Below, in pieces: positions 41,171 to 50,675 of a stretch of 64,000 nucleotides of DNA. The stretch spans positions 741-64,740 of the forward strand of contig CAAGFN010000160.1 in NCBI GenBank assembly GCA_900769145.1, written 5' to 3'. Every line of letters begins with the position of its first letter. Within the stretch, counting starts at the first letter, position 1. The notes beneath the pieces were generated by a model that was given only the letters and a program-made list of their open reading frames with translations, was not told the origin of the DNA and made no database searches. The DNA is from Rikenellaceae bacterium (GTDB lineage Bacteria > Bacteroidota > Bacteroidia > Bacteroidales > UBA932). Made by a program: the position numbers and the translations under genes.

Positions 41171-41977
41171 TCAGTACAGCATCAGCTGGGTCATGATGAG
41201 GTCTGACATAAGGATGAGGATGCTGGCGGCGACAATGGCTTTGGTGCTGGATTTGCCGACGCCGAGGGAGCCGTCCTTGGCATTGAAGCCGTGATAGGCC
41301 GCCACGGAGGAGATTATGAAGCAGAACACCGCAGTCTTGATGCAGCTGTAGACCATATAAAATCCTGTAAAACAATACCTCAGGCCATCCATGTACTTCA
41401 CGAACGGAATGATTTCCGTCAGCCAGGTGACAAGGCCTCCTCCCACTAGTCCTAGCGCGAAACTCATCAGGCAGAGAAGCGGACTGACCAGCGTGGCGGC
41501 AATAATTTTCGGCCTGGCCACGAACGAAGCGCTGTTGATGCCCATCATCTCTATGGCGTCCAGCTGCTGCGTAATCCTCATGCTGCCGATTTCCGAAGCA
41601 ATGCTGGAGCCCATCTTGCCCGCCAGAATCAATGCCACCATCGTCGAGCTGAACTCCAAAATCATGCTCTCGCGGACCATATAGCCTATAAGCATCTTGT
41701 CAAGTATCGGATTTGACATATTCGAGGCCGTCTGGATGACCAGCACACCTCCCATAAAGAGCGAAATGACACCGACAATGACGATTGACGACAAAATCAG
41801 CCTGTCAATCTCCTCGATTACCTGCCTGCGAATCATCTTCCGGCTGTCAGGCTTGCGGAAAACCTGGAACAGGAACATGCAGTATCTTCCTATTGAACTG
41901 AAAAATCTGTCTTCCATAATCTGTATTTTCTCTTCCGGCCGGGCAATTTCTCCCCATATTGAGGAATTACGCCACAT
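41171..41977 (-). CDS. ABC transporter permease, MlaE family
   Basis: 268 aa, polytopic. MlaE-like composition. An alternative start is MEDRFF at 41915. Confidence 0.85.
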   Translation of the reverse strand: MWRNSSIWGEIARPEEKIQIMEDRFFSSIGRYCMFLFQVFRKPDSRKMIRRQVIEEIDRLILSSIVIVGVISLFMGGVLVIQTASNMSNPILDKMLIGYMVRESMILEFSSTMVALILAGKMGSSIASEIGSMRITQQLDAIEMMGINSASFVARPKIIAATLVSPLLCLMSFALGLVGGGLVTWLTEIIPFVKYMDGLRYCFTGFYMVYSCIKTAVFCFIISSVAAYHGFNAKDGSLGVGKSSTKAIVAASILILMSDLIMTQLMLY

Positions 41978-42062
41978 TTGGAAGAATCTTTAATTTTCCA
42001 CTGTAAATTTTAAATTTTTTGGACGGAATCCGGGCATAAATTTATGAAAAATTCTCAAAATT

Positions 42063-43628
42063 ATGCTAATCAACATCAATTGTGCGAAATGTTCCGGTAT
42101 CCAGGCCGTGCCGGTGACAGTGGAGGTGGACATAAGCAGCGGCATTGGAATCCACCTTGTGGGCCTTGCCGACATTGCCGTGAAAGAGAGCCTGCTGAGG
42201 ATAATGACGGCACTTCACAGCCTCGGGTACAAGGTCCCGGGCAAAAAGATAGTAATCAATCTCGCCCCCGCCGACGTGCGGAAAAACGGCAGCGGATACG
42301 ACCTCCCCATTGCCGTGGGAATACTTGCCGCTTCAGGTCAATGCGACATTCCCGACATTGACAAATACTTGATAATGGGAGAGTTGGGCCTGGATGGTTC
42401 TCTAAGACCAGTACCCGGGGCAATCCCGATTGCGGAATACGCATCACTGGCAGGATTCGACGGTTGCATTCTCCCGGCCGATTCAGCCTACGAGGCTGCG
42501 GAACTGTCCTCCGGCATCCTCTATGCGGCCAGGGACCTCGGAGACGTGCTGCGCATTCTGGAAGAGAAAGAAGATGTTTCCGGGCTGATGGTCGAGAAAG
42601 GCTTCCATCCCGCTTCTGTCACGGGAGGCCCGTCGGACGACTATATGGACTTCTCGGAAATCATTGGCCAGAAATCAGCCAAGAGGGGACTTGAAATAGC
42701 TGCGGCAGGCGGGCACAATGTAATTATGGTAGGTTCCCCGGGTTGCGGAAAAACATCTCTTGCCAAGGCAATGGTGGGGATAATGCCACCCCTGCGGAAG
42801 GAGGAAGCCATCGTAACCAGCAAGATTTACTCGGTATCCGGAATCACGGCCCTGGAGGGCGGACTGGTCAAGAAAAGGCCATTCCGCGCCCCGCATTACA
42901 GCGCATCCCTTGCAGCCATAATCGGCGGCGGCAACGGAGACAATATCCAGCCCGGCGAGGTTTCCCTGGCCCACAACGGAATTTTGTTCCTGGACGAGTT
43001 CGCCCAGATGCCGAAAAGCGTCACGGAGGCCCTCAGAGGCCCGCTTGAGGACAGGAAGGTGGTGATTTCCCGCCTGCGTTCCAAAATAGAATACCCGGCC
43101 TCGTTCACCTTGGTGGCCGCCGCAAATCCCTGTCCCTGCGGCTATTACGGAGTCGGAGACAAGTGCACTTGTACGCCATCCCAGAGGCAGTCCTATATGA
43201 GCCGGCTGTCCGGCCCGATAATGGACAGGATTGATATTCAGCTATATATGGAGATGGTCAGCCCGGAGAAGCTGGTAAACCGGGTTCGGGAGGAATCGTC
43301 TGCGGACGTGGCTGCCAGGGTAATGGCCGCACGAAACATCCAGATGGAAAGATTCGCAGGGACTGAGGTTTTCGTCAATGCGGAGATGACCAATGCGATG
43401 ATGGAACGCTTCTGCCATCTTTCTCCTGAATGTCGCGGGATAATGGAGAGAATGTCGGAGTCGATGGGATTCTCGGCCCGTGCCTACGGACGTATCCTGA
43501 AGATAGCCAGGACAATAGCAGACCTGGAAGCGGTGAACTGCGGTTTCAGCCGGGCCGGAGAAATCAGCCCGGAACATCTCATTGAGGCCGCCGGGTTCAG
43601 ATTTCTCGACCGGTTCCGGGGGATTTGA
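42063..43628 (+). CDS. YifB/ComM family Mg-chelatase-like AAA ATPase
   Basis: 521 aa. Lon-like N-domain (GLADIAVKES), Walker A GSPGCGKT, motif ILFLDEF, and C-terminal PCPCGYYG. Confidence 0.9.
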   Translation: MLININCAKCSGIQAVPVTVEVDISSGIGIHLVGLADIAVKESLLRIMTALHSLGYKVPGKKIVINLAPADVRKNGSGYDLPIAVGILAASGQCDIPDIDKYLIMGELGLDGSLRPVPGAIPIAEYASLAGFDGCILPADSAYEAAELSSGILYAARDLGDVLRILEEKEDVSGLMVEKGFHPASVTGGPSDDYMDFSEIIGQKSAKRGLEIAAAGGHNVIMVGSPGCGKTSLAKAMVGIMPPLRKEEAIVTSKIYSVSGITALEGGLVKKRPFRAPHYSASLAAIIGGGNGDNIQPGEVSLAHNGILFLDEFAQMPKSVTEALRGPLEDRKVVISRLRSKIEYPASFTLVAAANPCPCGYYGVGDKCTCTPSQRQSYMSRLSGPIMDRIDIQLYMEMVSPEKLVNRVREESSADVAARVMAARNIQMERFAGTEVFVNAEMTNAMMERFCHLSPECRGIMERMSESMGFSARAYGRILKIARTIADLEAVNCGFSRAGEISPEHLIEAAGFRFLDRFRGI

Positions 43629-44798
43629 TCAGCGGAGCCAGAGCTCCGGGTTCTGCGGCTTGGTACCCTGCCAAATCTGGAAATGAAGCTGGGTCATGTT
43701 GTCGATGGTGTCAACCTTGCCGATGACATCACCGGTGGAAACCTTGTCCCCGGCCTTGACTGAGACAGCTCCCAGACGGCAATAGAATGAGAAATAGTTG
43801 CCGTGCTGCACCAGAACGCATTTACCGTATCCCGGCATCACGACAATTTGCTTCACTACTCCATTGAACACGGCCTTTATGTCGGTACCCTTCGCCAGGG
43901 CGATATTGACACCGTTGTTGAAAGGAAGCTTGACCTTGGTGAATACTGGATGATAATGCTGGCCGAAATGGTCTACAACAGGTCCTGTGGCCGGCCAAGG
44001 CAGTTTGCCCTTATTCTTGGCGAACTCCGCATCCAGCTTGACATCCACAGGTTTGGAGGTCTTGGAACCGGACTTGCCGCCCACTGCGGATGCAATAATC
44101 CTCTCGATTTCACGGTTCAGGGCATCCACCTGCTTCTTCTTGGCCGCCAGCTGCTGCTGATACCGGGTCTGGTTGCGTTTCAGAGTGGTGACCAGTGCCG
44201 CAGCCTCCTTCTCCTCGGCCTGCAGGGAAGCCAGGTCAGCCGCCCTCTGGTTCCTGACTTTCTGGGCCTCGCTCTTCAACACCAGAAGGGAATCGGTCTC
44301 AGACTGGAGTTCTGCACGGGCAGCCTTGATTTTGTCGCCCTGCCGGTTCAGATTGGAAGAGAGGTTGCGCATGTAGCCAATGCGCCTGAAGGCCTGGCCG
44401 ACATTGTCGCTGGCCAGTATGTACATATACCAGACACGGGAGTCACGGTTTCGGTATGCGCTGGAAATCAGCTTGGTATAATATGCGGAGAGGGTATCCA
44501 GACGGCTCTGGATCCGGTCAATCTCAGCCTTCTTTGACTTGACCGCAGCATTGATACGGGACAATTCCCTCTCGCTCTCCGCCAGCAGTTCCTTCCTGTC
44601 TGCGACCTTCTTACGGACCAGTGTCAATGTATTCAGAGCATTGTCACTCTTCTTCGCATTCTCTTTCAACTGGCTGTCTATCAATGCTATCTCCCGCTCC
44701 AGGGCAGCCTTGCGGCTTTCCTGCGCCCTCGTGTCCTGAGCCATTGACCTCAACGGCAGAAGCAGCGACAATATCAGTATGACAATGACTTTTCTCAT
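43629..44798 (-). CDS. M23 family peptidase (EnvC-like: coiled coil plus LytM domain)
   Basis: 389 aa with signal peptide, a long coiled-coil region and a C-terminal LytM-like domain (GYGKCVLVQHGNYFSFY). Confidence 0.8.
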   Translation of the reverse strand: MRKVIVILILSLLLPLRSMAQDTRAQESRKAALEREIALIDSQLKENAKKSDNALNTLTLVRKKVADRKELLAESERELSRINAAVKSKKAEIDRIQSRLDTLSAYYTKLISSAYRNRDSRVWYMYILASDNVGQAFRRIGYMRNLSSNLNRQGDKIKAARAELQSETDSLLVLKSEAQKVRNQRAADLASLQAEEKEAAALVTTLKRNQTRYQQQLAAKKKQVDALNREIERIIASAVGGKSGSKTSKPVDVKLDAEFAKNKGKLPWPATGPVVDHFGQHYHPVFTKVKLPFNNGVNIALAKGTDIKAVFNGVVKQIVVMPGYGKCVLVQHGNYFSFYCRLGAVSVKAGDKVSTGDVIGKVDTIDNMTQLHFQIWQGTKPQNPELWLR

Positions 44799-46471
44799 TC
44801 CTCTTCCTCCTCCCCTGCCTTGGCCTCGGCCTGCTTCCTGTAAACCGCAGCGAGATCGTTCTCTCCAAGAGCCTCCAGGACAATGGCATAATGCTTCATT
44901 ATCGTGGCGCTTTCCTTGCCCCCGTACATCATGGCATGCTTGAAAACCGGCTTGGCATCTGCCGGACGGCCAAGGAGATAAAGTATCCAGCCGTAAGTGT
45001 CCAGGTAAGTTACATTGTCAGGCTCGGCATCCACAGTCTTCTTGCTCATTGCCAATGCCTTCTTGAGTTTCTTCCCGTCTTCGGCAAGGAACCAGGCGTA
45101 GTTGTTAAGCGCCGGAGAATAGTCCGGATACAGCTTCAGCAGGGTGTCGTAGGCCTTGAAGGCAGCCTTGTCGTTCCCAAGCTTGTGTTCCATATCCCCG
45201 ATTGTACTCCAGGACGATACGAATACCGCACTGTCGCCAGGGCTGGCAATCAGCATTTTCGAGCAGTTTTCAATGATTTTGCCGTAATTTTTCAACTGGT
45301 ACTCAGCCGTGTTCGCAAAATCCAGGAAGCCGGGCTCATAGTCGAACTTCTTGAAGGCAGCCTCGCTCTCCTCCACGGCTTTTTCCCATTCCCTGCTGAA
45401 CAGGAGAATGCGGATGTACTCGGCAGCGGGAACCGGATTGTCAGGATTGAGCTCCTTCATTGTCCTGAATGCCTCGGCGGATTTCTCCTTGCGCCCGGTC
45501 GAGAAATAATAAAGTCCCGCCGTCTCAAGTATCGAGGTGTCATTGGGGTGCACCCGTGAAGCAATGCTCATGGTCGTGTCGAACTGCGGCCTGAAAGTAT
45601 TGATGAACTGCCTGTCAGCCTGCCTGAATACGGCCTGGAGATAGTCAGCCTTGGCTCCTGCCGGCACCTGGGGATTGGACGTGAGGGCATCCAGGGCAGT
45701 AAAATAATCACTGTATTTCCTCGTCATCCTGTAGGTCTCCGCCTTGCCCAGAAGCGCAGGGGCATAATCCCTGTCAATGTCCAGCGCTGCGTCATAGCGG
45801 GCCAATGCCGTAGAGTCGTCATACATCCCTATCGCATAGTCGCCAAGCACCGTAAGTACCTGAGGGGAAGAATATTCCTTGCTGTATTCATCCAGGACCC
45901 GGAAGGCTTCCTCACCCTTGTCCTGGCGACGGAGAATATTGAATTTGGTCATCACGGTACCGTCATTGCGTCCGAACTGGGTCTCGATTTTTTCAATGGT
46001 CCCGAGGGCCTCGGCCAGGTCGTTCTGGCCAATGTAAATCTGCGCGAGGCTGTAGTACAGATCGGTCTTCTTCGGGAAATCCTTCATCAGTTCCTTGTAC
46101 ATGTCGATGGTCAGTTCCGTCCTGCCCGTCATCCCATAAAGCCCGGCGAGCATATAGCGGTACCAGAAATTGCCCTTGTCCAGGGAAACGGCCTTCTTCA
46201 GGTCAGCCTCCGCTCCGGCGGCATTGTCAAGTTTCAGCCTGGTCATGCCCCGGTAATACCAGGCAGCATCATTGTCCGGGGAAGCGGAACATATCCCGCT
46301 TAGCAGGGACTCGGCCTCCCGGAAATGTCCTTCATTGTAGAGCGAGACTGCATCAATCAATTGATTGTCAATAATATCCCTGTTCTTTTGTGCAAATGCG
46401 CAGTAGTCGGGAATGAGACTGAGTAATAGAGTAATGACGGTCACTGCCGCCGCTGTCGATATCTTTTTCAT
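44795..46471 (-). CDS. Tetratricopeptide-repeat protein, secreted
   Basis: 558 aa with signal peptide, multiple TPR-like repeats and an acidic tail EEEEE. It overlaps the M23 gene by 4 nt. Confidence 0.8.
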   Translation of the reverse strand: MKKISTAAAVTVITLLLSLIPDYCAFAQKNRDIIDNQLIDAVSLYNEGHFREAESLLSGICSASPDNDAAWYYRGMTRLKLDNAAGAEADLKKAVSLDKGNFWYRYMLAGLYGMTGRTELTIDMYKELMKDFPKKTDLYYSLAQIYIGQNDLAEALGTIEKIETQFGRNDGTVMTKFNILRRQDKGEEAFRVLDEYSKEYSSPQVLTVLGDYAIGMYDDSTALARYDAALDIDRDYAPALLGKAETYRMTRKYSDYFTALDALTSNPQVPAGAKADYLQAVFRQADRQFINTFRPQFDTTMSIASRVHPNDTSILETAGLYYFSTGRKEKSAEAFRTMKELNPDNPVPAAEYIRILLFSREWEKAVEESEAAFKKFDYEPGFLDFANTAEYQLKNYGKIIENCSKMLIASPGDSAVFVSSWSTIGDMEHKLGNDKAAFKAYDTLLKLYPDYSPALNNYAWFLAEDGKKLKKALAMSKKTVDAEPDNVTYLDTYGWILYLLGRPADAKPVFKHAMMYGGKESATIMKHYAIVLEALGENDLAAVYRKQAEAKAGEEEEE

Positions 46472-46492
46472 TGATTCAATTTCCTATAATAC

Positions 46493-46511
46493 GGCCCCTC
46501 ACGGAGAGGCC
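46493..46511 (-). other. Leader-region hairpin (ggcccctc acg gagaggcc) at the predicted transcription start of the TPR-M23 operon
   Basis: 8-bp stem with one mismatch. It lies between the -7 box at 46519..46526 and the ATG at 46471. Confidence 0.3.
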
Positions 46512-46518
46512 TGAAGGG

Positions 46519-46526
46519 CAAATATA
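46519..46526 (-). promoter_or_regulatory. -7 box (TATATTTG on the minus strand) for the TPR-M23 operon
   Basis: Plus-strand caaatata, about 48 nt upstream of the ATG at 46471. Confidence 0.4.
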
Positions 46527-46615
46527 TGAATTATCTGTCAAGCCTCAAAAGATATGCCGTCAAACACCAATGTATTGTCAATGAAAATGACTAATTTTGG
46601 GTCCTGCGGGATATT

Positions 46616-46755
46616 GAGGCTGACTCAAAAGTTCCTTTTCTGTCATCTCGACCGAGCAAAGCGAGTGGAGAGATCTTCCGTAAAGATTTGATTACCAACA
46701 GATATCTCGACTACGCACTGCGTGCTTCGCTCGATATGACAGGCTTTTGGACCAG
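46616..46755 (+). repeat. Intergenic MITE/REP-like element, copy 2
   Basis: gaggctgactcaaaag ... tgtcatctcgaccgagcaaagcgagtggagagatct ... agatatctcgactacgcactgcgtgcttcgctcgatatgacaggcttttggaccag. Same orientation and architecture as copy 1, with a degenerate right terminal repeat. Confidence 0.75.
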
Positions 46756-46824
46756 ATTCATGCAACATTTCCGCTTAAACTTGCATCTTATTAACCGGAC
46801 TATTTCACCGAATGCCCCGTAGGA

Positions 46825-47361
46825 ATGGAGAAGCCTGATTACACAGAGCTCATCGAAGGCTGCAGGAATGGTGACAGGGCGGCACAGAGAAGTCTGTACA
46901 ATGCTCTGGCATCCAAGATGTTCGCTGTTTGCATGCGATATATGGGCAGCAGGGATGAGGCACAGGACATTCTCCAGGACGGTTTCGTAACATTGTTCTC
47001 CAAAATCGGGAACTATGACGAGAGGGGGTCATTCGAGGGATGGGCAAGAAAGATCTTCGTCAATACTGCACTTATGTCCCTTCGGAAGAATGACGCCCTG
47101 AAAGTGAGCGATTCCATAGAGACGGCCTGGGGTCTTGGCGACAGCCAGCCTACGCCTGTCCAGGAAATGGGATATAAGGAAATGATGCGTCTGGTAATGT
47201 CTCTGCCTGCCGGCTACAGGACTGTTTTCAATATGTTCGTAGTCGAGGGATATTCACACAAGGAAATCGCGGAGGCACTCGGAATAACATCCGCCACCTC
47301 CCGGTCCCAGCTGAACAGAGCCCGCCAGATGCTGCAGGAAATGATAAAGAACAGAACGTGA
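46825..47361 (+). CDS. RNA polymerase ECF-type sigma-70 factor
   Basis: 178 aa with sigma-70 region 2 (DILQDGFVTLF) and region 4 (EGYSHKEIAEALGITSATSRSQLNRAR). Confidence 0.9.
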   Translation: MEKPDYTELIEGCRNGDRAAQRSLYNALASKMFAVCMRYMGSRDEAQDILQDGFVTLFSKIGNYDERGSFEGWARKIFVNTALMSLRKNDALKVSDSIETAWGLGDSQPTPVQEMGYKEMMRLVMSLPAGYRTVFNMFVVEGYSHKEIAEALGITSATSRSQLNRARQMLQEMIKNRT

Positions 47362-48650
47362 TGAGTGACAATTATAAAGATTTCGACGAACGCTTCAGGA
47401 CAATGCTGGAGAATGCTGAGGAGGATGTCCCTCCGCAGCTTGCCGACAATGTCTTCTTAAGGCTGGATGCCATGGCCGGGGAGGAAGAACGCAGACGCGT
47501 CCTGCCTCTGTGGCTGCGCCGCATTTCTGCCGTGACAGCCGCTGCGGCAGCTGTTCTTCTGGCAGTGGTTCTCTGGCCTGGAGAAAATGAGGAAAGTCTT
47601 GTGTCTGAAGACATTGCAATAGACAAGGAGAAGACAGGGGAGGCGTTGGCAGACGTGGTGGAAATGCATCAGGCTATCACTGCTGCCGAAGATACAAAGG
47701 CTGAGGCCGGCGGGGCAGTTTCCGGGGAGAAGAGAGAGGCTTCCGGAACGACTTCCGTAAGTGGCGCAGTGAAGGTGATAGAAGATGACGTGCAGTACGG
47801 TGCTGACCTGCAGGAGAATGCTGCCGAAACTCAGGACGAGGCTGATCCGGAGACTCCGGCAAACGTGGATGATGAAGCCCAAAGTATCCGGGAAGACATT
47901 GACAATGAGAAGGTTGTGGATGACGTGGCAGATTCCGGAGACGGAGATGACGAGCTTGAATACATTGATTGGGAGGAGCCAAATGACAAACGTTCTGCCG
48001 GAAAGGCTGCCATTGTCCTGAACGGGGATCTTTCAAGCAACGGCAATGCCAGGTCACTTAGCCGTTTCAGCGGGCTGAGAGCCCCCGCAGCCGGAGTCAG
48101 GGACCGCACTTGGATAGAGCAGACAGGCAAGGATTCCAGATATGCCATACCGTTGTCCGTCGGAATCGGAGCCAGATATCAGTTCACCAGAAGATGGTCT
48201 GTCGGTGCAGGAATCAACTACACACTTCTCAGCAGGACATTCTCAGGCGTCTATACCAAGATTGAGACCGGAGTCACTCTTTCCCGCATCAGCACGGATA
48301 TCAGGCACAACATTCATTATATCGGAATCCCTGTCAATGTCTATTACAACATTCTCGACTCGAAGAGGGTGAAATTTTACGCCTATGGAGGCGGGGCCCT
48401 GGATTTTCCGGTATCGAATATTTACAGGGTCAAGGCATCGACGGAAGATATTGTCATGAAGGAGAAGACAAAGGGAGTACAGTACTCGCTGGGTGCCGGA
48501 GTCGGAGTGGAGTTCATGCTGGCCAACCATCTCGGCCTCTATCTTGACCCGGGTTTCAGATATTATTTCGACAACGACCAGCCTGTGAGCATCCGCACTC
48601 AGCAGCCGTTTATGATGAATTTCGAACTCGGCTTCCGTTTCGACATCTAG
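47358..48650 (+). CDS. ECF-associated membrane protein: short cytoplasmic N-terminus, one TM helix, acidic linker, C-terminal outer-membrane beta-barrel (porin-family) domain. Putative anti-sigma factor.
   Basis: 4-nt overlap with the sigma gene. TM segment is ISAVTAAAAAVLLAVVLW. The D/E-rich region spans about aa 130-210. The C-terminal 200 aa show alternating-hydrophobic beta-strand patterning and end FELGFRFDI. Confidence 0.65.
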   Translation: MMSDNYKDFDERFRTMLENAEEDVPPQLADNVFLRLDAMAGEEERRRVLPLWLRRISAVTAAAAAVLLAVVLWPGENEESLVSEDIAIDKEKTGEALADVVEMHQAITAAEDTKAEAGGAVSGEKREASGTTSVSGAVKVIEDDVQYGADLQENAAETQDEADPETPANVDDEAQSIREDIDNEKVVDDVADSGDGDDELEYIDWEEPNDKRSAGKAAIVLNGDLSSNGNARSLSRFSGLRAPAAGVRDRTWIEQTGKDSRYAIPLSVGIGARYQFTRRWSVGAGINYTLLSRTFSGVYTKIETGVTLSRISTDIRHNIHYIGIPVNVYYNILDSKRVKFYAYGGGALDFPVSNIYRVKASTEDIVMKEKTKGVQYSLGAGVGVEFMLANHLGLYLDPGFRYYFDNDQPVSIRTQQPFMMNFELGFRFDI

Positions 48651-48885
48651 AAATCTGCAAGATTGCAGGCCTCATATTACTTGGCAAGGTGGAATTCCCA
48701 TTAAAAGGCTGCCGAACGCCAATAAGGTTTATCCGTCTGCAACTCAATAAGTTATAATGGTCACCACAACATAGTGGAATCTTCTAACCTAAAAAATTCA
48801 TACATTTGTGGTGTAAAGTCCCGTATATTGGTGAAATATTTCGGGGCTTTGTTTTTTATGCTTTTCTTCGCCAAAAAACTTGACG

Positions 48886-50184
48886 ATGAAGAAGTGTTCA
48901 TTAATTACCAGAAGCCTGGCCGCATTGGCCATTCTGACTGCTGCGGGAGCCTGCGCCTGGCTCGATGACGTAACAGGATTTACAAAATCGAGATTGGAGA
49001 CGGGGCCTCCTGCCGGCGGGAACAGAGGATCAACAGGCGTACCGGCATCACCCAAAGACAGCTCCCTGATGGTAACCGCCGTGGTATTTCCCGAAGGATA
49101 TTGCTGGCAGAGAGACAGTTCTGGGGAAAAGGCGGAATGCCGGATAGTGCTGTTCTGCAACGGGTCCGTGATTGTCGATATCCCTGCAGGTGCGGGTCAT
49201 CCTGCCAGCAGTGACCCTGACATGCACAGATGCATTGACGGGAAACTCTACACCGATTTTTCGACTGCGGACAGAACTGCCGTGTATGAGAACGGGAATC
49301 TCCTGTTCAGTTATGAGGGACGGGAAATGATTTGCGGCTTCCTGGTCAGGGATGGGGATATCTACACCCTGGGGCAGAACCGCAGCGGAGAAGGCTTTTC
49401 CTTCAGGAAGAACGGCAAAGCCATCTATTCATCCATGACCGGCCGGGTTTTCGGGACGTCGGGCAACCCATCCGGCAAGACAGGTGCATTGTACGAAGAT
49501 GCGGGGGATATAGTATTCTGCTTCAGCAGCACGGTGGTGTCGCAGGGAAGCGCCACGACATCCTACCACATTGTACGTGAGGGAGTTCCGGAGACATTGA
49601 CCTTCCCTGACGCTGTCAAAAAAGTCTATGACATCAGGCAGATTGAAGGCAGTATCGTGGCGGCTGTCCAGCACATTACTCCGGCAAGATATCCGGCCCT
49701 GTTAGTCGACGGGAAATTGAAGTCACTGCCTGTATCATTGAACAACAGCCTGATTGGCAACTGCCAGCTGCGCTGGGACGGAACCGGAAGTATATGGTTC
49801 AATGTCACTTACAGCCAGGACAACTGGAAAAGTATTCGGTATATGCTCATCAGGACATCCAACAATTCCAGGATAATGTTCAATGCCGGAGTGACCGTCT
49901 ATGATTTGTGGACAAGCGGTGTGGACTATGCCTTTGCGCTTGATACAAACGGCAGTATATCATTGATTTACACTATTGGAGGCGCAAAAAGGGAGGTGGA
50001 ACTGAAGGATGCCCGCTACTCATTGCTCAGCCCCGCCTGCATGAAATTCAACGGGAAGAAAATCATCGCCGGCCTCTCTCCTCGGGACTCGACAGGATTC
50101 CCCGTGATAATCAACGGTACCGGGACGGAGACCCTGAAAATCAACGGATATATTACTTCCGTGGATTATTACGAGACGAAATAA
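48886..50184 (+). CDS. Hypothetical lipoprotein
   Basis: The track start at 48880 is a TTG; the ATG is at 48886 (MKKCSLITRSLAALAILTAAGACAW, lipobox). No recognised domain. Confidence 0.6.
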   Translation: MKKCSLITRSLAALAILTAAGACAWLDDVTGFTKSRLETGPPAGGNRGSTGVPASPKDSSLMVTAVVFPEGYCWQRDSSGEKAECRIVLFCNGSVIVDIPAGAGHPASSDPDMHRCIDGKLYTDFSTADRTAVYENGNLLFSYEGREMICGFLVRDGDIYTLGQNRSGEGFSFRKNGKAIYSSMTGRVFGTSGNPSGKTGALYEDAGDIVFCFSSTVVSQGSATTSYHIVREGVPETLTFPDAVKKVYDIRQIEGSIVAAVQHITPARYPALLVDGKLKSLPVSLNNSLIGNCQLRWDGTGSIWFNVTYSQDNWKSIRYMLIRTSNNSRIMFNAGVTVYDLWTSGVDYAFALDTNGSISLIYTIGGAKREVELKDARYSLLSPACMKFNGKKIIAGLSPRDSTGFPVIINGTGTETLKINGYITSVDYYETK

Positions 50185-50240
50185 TTCCCCGGCATTCCCG
50201 GCAGTCGGGACGTAGCAGGGAAAGCATTGGAAAACCGTGC

Positions 50241-50666
50241 CTAGTCCTCCCAGGACAGGGTGCGGGACTCGTCCGGGTTGACTCTGATGCTGACCCGCAG
50301 AGTCTCCTCCGGAAGGAGGTCCTCAATGTTCTCAGGCCACTCAATGAGGCAGAGGCAACCGCTGTCCACATAGTCGTAGAAGCCTATGTCCAGTGCCTCG
50401 GCTATATTCTCAATGCGATAGAAATCAAAATGATAGAGCGACTCGCCGGCCGCCGTCCTGTATTCATTGACAATTGAGAATGTCGGAGAACTTACGGCAT
50501 CCTCATTGACCCCGAGTACACCGCAGATGGCGGAAGTAAAGGTGGTTTTCCCGGCCCCCATCGGAGCGAAGAAGGCTATTATCTTCCTGTCCCCGATCTC
50601 CTGGAGAAAGGTCCGGGCAGCCCCGGCCAGATGCGCCGGGTCCTTGATAAGAATTTCGTGCTTCAA
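50241..50666 (-). CDS. tsaE: tRNA threonylcarbamoyladenosine biosynthesis ATPase TsaE
   Basis: 141 aa with P-loop GAGKTTF. TsaE/YjeE-like. Confidence 0.85.
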   Translation of the reverse strand: MKHEILIKDPAHLAGAARTFLQEIGDRKIIAFFAPMGAGKTTFTSAICGVLGVNEDAVSSPTFSIVNEYRTAAGESLYHFDFYRIENIAEALDIGFYDYVDSGCLCLIEWPENIEDLLPEETLRVSIRVNPDESRTLSWED

Positions 50667-50675
50667 TGTATAAGA

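Noticed and set aside
48651-48885. 235-bp region upstream of the lipoprotein gene, including the small plus ORF 48774..48968
   Set aside because: The ORF overlaps the lipoprotein start in another frame and has no features. Only a short ctgcaagattgcag stem after the anti-sigma gene and weak promoter-like boxes (cgtatattgg) are visible.
50185-50240. Possible terminator between the convergent lipoprotein and tsaE genes (cccggcattcccggcagtcggg)
   Set aside because: Complementarity is short and irregular, with no T-tract on either strand.
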